Below, piece by piece: positions 30,963 to 32,605 of a DNA stretch of 32,605 nucleotides. Made by a program: the position numbers and the translations under genes. Within the stretch, counting starts at the first letter, position 1, and every line of letters starts with the position of its first letter. The notes beneath the pieces are model-generated. The model was given only the letters and a program-made list of their open reading frames with translations. It had not been told where the DNA came from and did no database searches. Origin of the DNA: Amoeboaphelidium occidentale (taxonomy: Eukaryota); NCBI GenBank assembly GCA_023515795.1, contig JALGPX010000008.1, positions 186,001 to 218,605 of the forward strand, in the 5' to 3' direction.

Positions 30963-32227
30963 ATGCTGAAGTTACACAGAGTTTTCACTGCTAAGCTTTC
31001 CTCAGCTTTCACAAGGAGCTACAGCCATAGTTCTAAAAGGCATTACATTGAAAAGTCTGGCTTTAGCGCAGATAAACTGATCACCTCGTTGAAAGATATC
31101 CAAGTTAGAGATCATATTGATGAGTTCCATGTTGGCGNNNNNNNNNNNNNNNNNNNNAAGGAGCTACAGCCATAGTTCTAAAAGGCATTACATTGAAAAA
31201 TCTGGGTTTAGCGCAGATAAACTGATCACCTCGTTGAAAGATATCCAAGTTAGAGATCATATTGATGAGTTCCATGTTGGCGGAGAGGAAGCAACAGATA
31301 GACTTGCTAAATTACTTGATATAAAGCCTAGCTCAAAGATACTTGATTTAGGTTGTGGTCTTGGTGGAGCAGCAAGGTTCATATCTCGACAGTATCGTTG
31401 TCAAGTTCTTGGTATCGACCCTTTTAATGAGTTTATTGATGCTGCCAGACATATTTCATTGAAATCAGATGCAAAAGTACTTAATTTCTGTGCTAAAGGA
31501 TCTAAGATCGAAGGTCCTTGTGTTTGGTACGAAGTTGGTGATGGACGTAACATCAAAGGTTTGTTAGACTCAATTGATCACATTAAATGGGACATCATTC
31601 TATTCCAGCATGTCCTTATGCNNNNNNNNNNNNNNNNNNNNNATTGATGCTGCCAGACATATTTCATCGAAATCAGATGCAAAAGTACTTAATTTCTGTG
31701 CTACAGGATCTAAGATCGAAGGTCCTTGTGTTTGGTACGAAGTTGGTGATGGTCGTAACATCAAAGGTTTGTTAGACTCAATTGATCACATTAAATGGGA
31801 CATCATTCTATTCCAGCATGTCCTTATGCATTTCAACTCTCAAGAATTGAAGGACATGATTAGAAGTTTGAACGATCATCTATCGCCAGGAGCAAAGATT
31901 GGTGTCTATGACTTGTTCTCAGGGAATAATTATCAGAAAGAAAAACTACACTTGCCTGTGCCGTTCGCGTCAGAAAAAGATCAGTTTTATTTATCAGATG
32001 CTTTTGATTTCATAAGATTGCTAGAAGAACAAGGTTACAGAGCGGAAGCGTGGCACAGTGTAACTGATGATTCCCTGAACGGTTTCAAAAGAACTAGCAA
32101 CGAGACAAAGGTTGTTATGAAGCAGATACTTGGCGGTGATGCAGCGGTAAAGAGTAAGAATATGTTGCGCAATCTACAAGAAGGTCTCTTGGAGATCTAC
32201 TTAGGATCGTTTGCAAGGCAGCAATGA
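30963..32227 (+). CDS. Class I SAM-dependent methyltransferase with a mitochondrial-type presequence; split by two assembly duplications
   Basis: DEFHVGGEEATDRL, motif I KILDLGCGLGGAAR, VLGID, QHVLMH, LSPGAKIGVYD; the N-terminus is Arg/Ser-rich and acid-poor. Confidence 0.82.
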
Positions 32228-32495
32228 TCCGACATCATCAGTAAATAACATTCTAACTGCGCAACAACGTACTGATAGAAACACATGCACATTTTATGGC
32301 GTGGTATTTTCAAAACTAATTAATTAACCCCAAGAGTGAAGGATACCAAGGCGAAATTTTGCAATGGTCCAAAGCAATTATAATTATTTTATTCTGTATT
32401 ACCTCGCATTGTTATAACAGTGTTAACACCGAATGTTTAAGTCAATTTATAAATGGAATTTTTAAAGAACTATCTACTACTTTAAACCATAGAAA

Positions 32496-32605
32496 TCAAA
32501 CTGTGACTTCATCCCAATTGACCGTGCGCTTCCATTCACCTAACTGGATTTCACCATCATCGTCCGAGTCTTCGAATTCAGAATCTTCATATTCCGCATT
32601 TGCGA
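32496..32605 (-). CDS. Possible acidic C-terminus of a gene entering from the right edge
   Basis: Frame reads ANAEYEDSEFEDSDDDGEIQLGEWKRTVNWDEVTV* and is followed by AT-rich UTR-like sequence; too short to identify. Confidence 0.4.
   Translation of the reverse strand, partial: ANAEYEDSEFEDSDDDGEIQLGEWKRTVNWDEVTV

Larger units (their letters stand above)
7010..31830. other. Series of about 13 near-identical tandem duplications, each centred on an N or N-run (probable uncollapsed haplotype bubbles)
   Basis: Examples: 7010-7181/7183-7354, 7677-7841/7843-8006, 9885-10179/10181-10475, 13436-13556/13578-13698, 16693-16826/16847-16980, 26010-26920/26922-27832. Others surround N at about 18666, 19449, 20980, 21660, 22680, 31145 and 31630. 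Confidence 0.9.

Noticed and set aside
7010..31830. Tandem gene-fragment duplications as real biology, for example a second MGAT1/DLT1 copy at 26010-27832
   Set aside because: Every pair is centred on an N gap and the host-gene pairs differ only by scattered SNPs, which is typical of scaffolding over heterozygous bubbles.

Overview
Gene-dense eukaryotic DNA with short (about 30-60 nt) GT-AG introns and intergenic gaps mostly under 210 bp. The gene content (DLT1-like, MIA40, NDUFA5, POC1, MGAT1, zinc-finger PARP1) suggests an early-diverging fungus or fungal relative; this is inference. Housekeeping genes in order: GCP3/Spc98 (runs off the left edge), cactin, PARP1, a His-rich membrane protein, a 7TM protein, MIA40, SEC62, CLASP/STU1, a focadhesin-like protein, an F-box-like protein, DLT1-like, GnT-I/MGAT1, POC1, NDUFA5 and a SAM methyltransferase. 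About 13 tandem duplications around N gaps look like uncollapsed haplotype bubbles. The standout is a ~3.6 kb DNA transposon (6546-10794 as assembled) inserted at the PARP1 stop codon. It has a perfect 8-bp target-site duplication (AAGATAAC), 13/15 terminal inverted repeats, subterminal repeats and decayed hAT-transposase-like motifs. It carries a Fanzor2/TnpB-like RNA-guided nuclease gene (~616 aa reconstructed, disrupted in this assembly) and a structured 3' region that is the likely omegaRNA. The predicted guide is antisense to the last codons of PARP1.
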